Assembly (NCBI GenBank): GCA_047621305.1
Contig: JBLHNB010000012.1
Span: forward strand, 11,024 to 75,023
Origin: Alteromonadaceae bacterium
Lineage (GTDB): Bacteria > Pseudomonadota > Gammaproteobacteria > Enterobacterales > Alteromonadaceae
DNA: 64,000 nucleotides
Direction: 5' to 3'
Shown here: one piece after another, positions 62,767 through 64,000 of the stretch
Numbering within the stretch: position 1 is the first letter of the stretch
Layout of the letters: every line of letters begins with the position of its first letter
The notes under the pieces: generated by a model
Database searches by the model: none
The model's input: only the letters and a program-made list of their open reading frames with translations
Told to the model about the DNA's origin: nothing
Made by a program: the position numbers and the translations under genes

Positions 62767-64000
62767 CTATGCGACAATTTCAACTGCTTTTTGTTTAATT
62801 GATACTGTTTGTTCTAACAATTGGCCATGCTCCATTTTTAGTAGCCTATCAGCACAGTCAAAATACTTCTCGTCATGAGAGATCACTAACAATGTTTTCC
62901 CTTGAGCTTTAAGTTCAGGAAGCATTTGTCTATAAAAAACCTCCTTAAATAAGGGATCTTGATCAGCTGCCCATTCATCAAAAACTAAGAATGGACGTTG
63001 CTCTAAATGTGCAACTACCATGGCCAAGCGCTTACGCTGCCCCTGTGATAAGGCACGAGTGGAAAAAGCACCTTGAGTCACATGAACTTTATGATTAAGT
63101 TGTAATTTAGTCAGTAATTGATTCGCTGCTGTATCGAGTTCGTCAGAAGGAATATCCAGCAATTGCTCAAACAAATAAAAATCAGAAAAAATTGCTGAAA
63201 AACACTGCCGATAACTATCAATGTTATCTGAATTTACCACCTGTCCATTCAATAGTATATTACCGCTGTTACTTTGATATAAACCAACTAATAGTTTCGC
63301 TAATGTTGTTTTTCCACTGCCGTTGCCGCCAACTAAAAAAACAATTTCTCCAGGTATAAAAGTTAAGTTAACTGGGCCTAAAGTAAAAAAATCATCTGAA
63401 GCTTCGTGATAAAATTGATGAGTGACGGCCTTAAGTTCTAATCGTTGAAATTTTGGTAATTTAATTTGTTTTATTTTCGAGTTTGATTCATCTGATAGTT
63501 CTTCTATAACGGCTTCAATTCTTAGAGCTGCTGCTTTCGCGATATTAGCCGCAGGTAATGCTTTCAACAAGTTCTCTAAAGGCGCTATCATATAAATGAA
63601 AATTAAAGCAAAACTGGTTAGAATTTGACTTCGTTCAGGTGAGTCATCCACTAACGAAAAAAGAACTAAACCAATAAAGGCATAAATTAAGAAGCTGCCC
63701 CAAGCAGTAGAAATAACAAAAACCGACATACCAACAGTGCGTTGTTTACGCACCTCCTCTATCGATTCTCCAAGTATATCGTCCTCAAAACGTTGACGTT
63801 TTGCGGCATGTAAACGTAGTTCTTTAGCACCATCAACCAAAGCCCGAAAGTGACCAAACAAACTGTCTTGCTCTTGAGCCGCACGATTTAGATACTGTAT
63901 AGCTTTCAAATGTACCTGATGATAACCAAGAGAGCCTAAACCTAGTACTAAAAGCGAGATTAAGAATATTTCTCCCGATAACCAGGAAATATAAACCATA
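62767..64000 (-). CDS. Cyclic-peptide/siderophore export ABC transporter (PvdE/SyrD/OrbE family), 5' truncated by window edge
   Basis: GAKELRL, GGNGSGKTT, LSQGQRKRLA, FDEWAADQDP, ISHD. Confidence 0.92.
   Translation of the reverse strand, partial: MVYISWLSGEIFLISLLVLGLGSLGYHQVHLKAIQYLNRAAQEQDSLFGHFRALVDGAKELRLHAAKRQRFEDDILGESIEEVRKQRTVGMSVFVISTAWGSFLIYAFIGLVLFSLVDDSPERSQILTSFALIFIYMIAPLENLLKALPAANIAKAAALRIEAVIEELSDESNSKIKQIKLPKFQRLELKAVTHQFYHEASDDFFTLGPVNLTFIPGEIVFLVGGNGSGKTTLAKLLVGLYQSNSGNILLNGQVVNSDNIDSYRQCFSAIFSDFYLFEQLLDIPSDELDTAANQLLTKLQLNHKVHVTQGAFSTRALSQGQRKRLAMVVAHLEQRPFLVFDEWAADQDPLFKEVFYRQMLPELKAQGKTLLVISHDEKYFDCADRLLKMEHGQLLEQTVSIKQKAVEIVA

Noticed and set aside
34908-64000. Calling the cluster pyoverdine or ornibactin
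   Set aside because: No PvdL-type chromophore modules, PvdH/N/O/P, or Asp module are seen, and a PKS module is present; only the tailoring genes are shared.

Overview
AT-rich marine gammaproteobacterial chromosome segment, probably Colwelliaceae/Alteromonadales (inferred from gene order and protein style). 1-17 kb holds housekeeping genes: the 3' part of a MOSC-reductase-ferredoxin fusion, pxpABC, an MCP, an AlgE-family porin behind two perfect FNR boxes, pabA, an HDOD protein, astC-astA-astD, DUF1338, DUF3802, yhfA flanked by two ERIC-like MITEs, and prkB. 17-31 kb holds the complete S10-spc-alpha ribosomal operons on the minus strand, including rpmD and rpmJ, which the ORF track missed. From 31.3 kb to past the right edge lies an accessory iron-uptake locus with a compact hybrid assembly line (FAAL-ACP-C-A-T / KS-AT-KR-ACP / C-A-T / C-A-T-dualE/C-A-T-TE), PvdA- and PvdF-type enzymes, a TonB-dependent receptor, its own TonB-ExbB-ExbD, type II TE, MbtH, an ECF sigma with a mini anti-sigma, and a PvdE-type exporter. 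The predicted product is acyl-[statine-like gamma-amino acid]-Ser-D-fOHOrn-fOHOrn, which I cannot match to a siderophore I know. The main hidden signal is a TAAA-N17-CGTC (OrbS/PvdS-type) promoter upstream of mbtH, pvdA, pvdF and, unexpectedly, a divergent dapE-like gene. That motif suggests a desuccinylase belongs to the siderophore regulon, for precursor supply, maturation or self-resistance.
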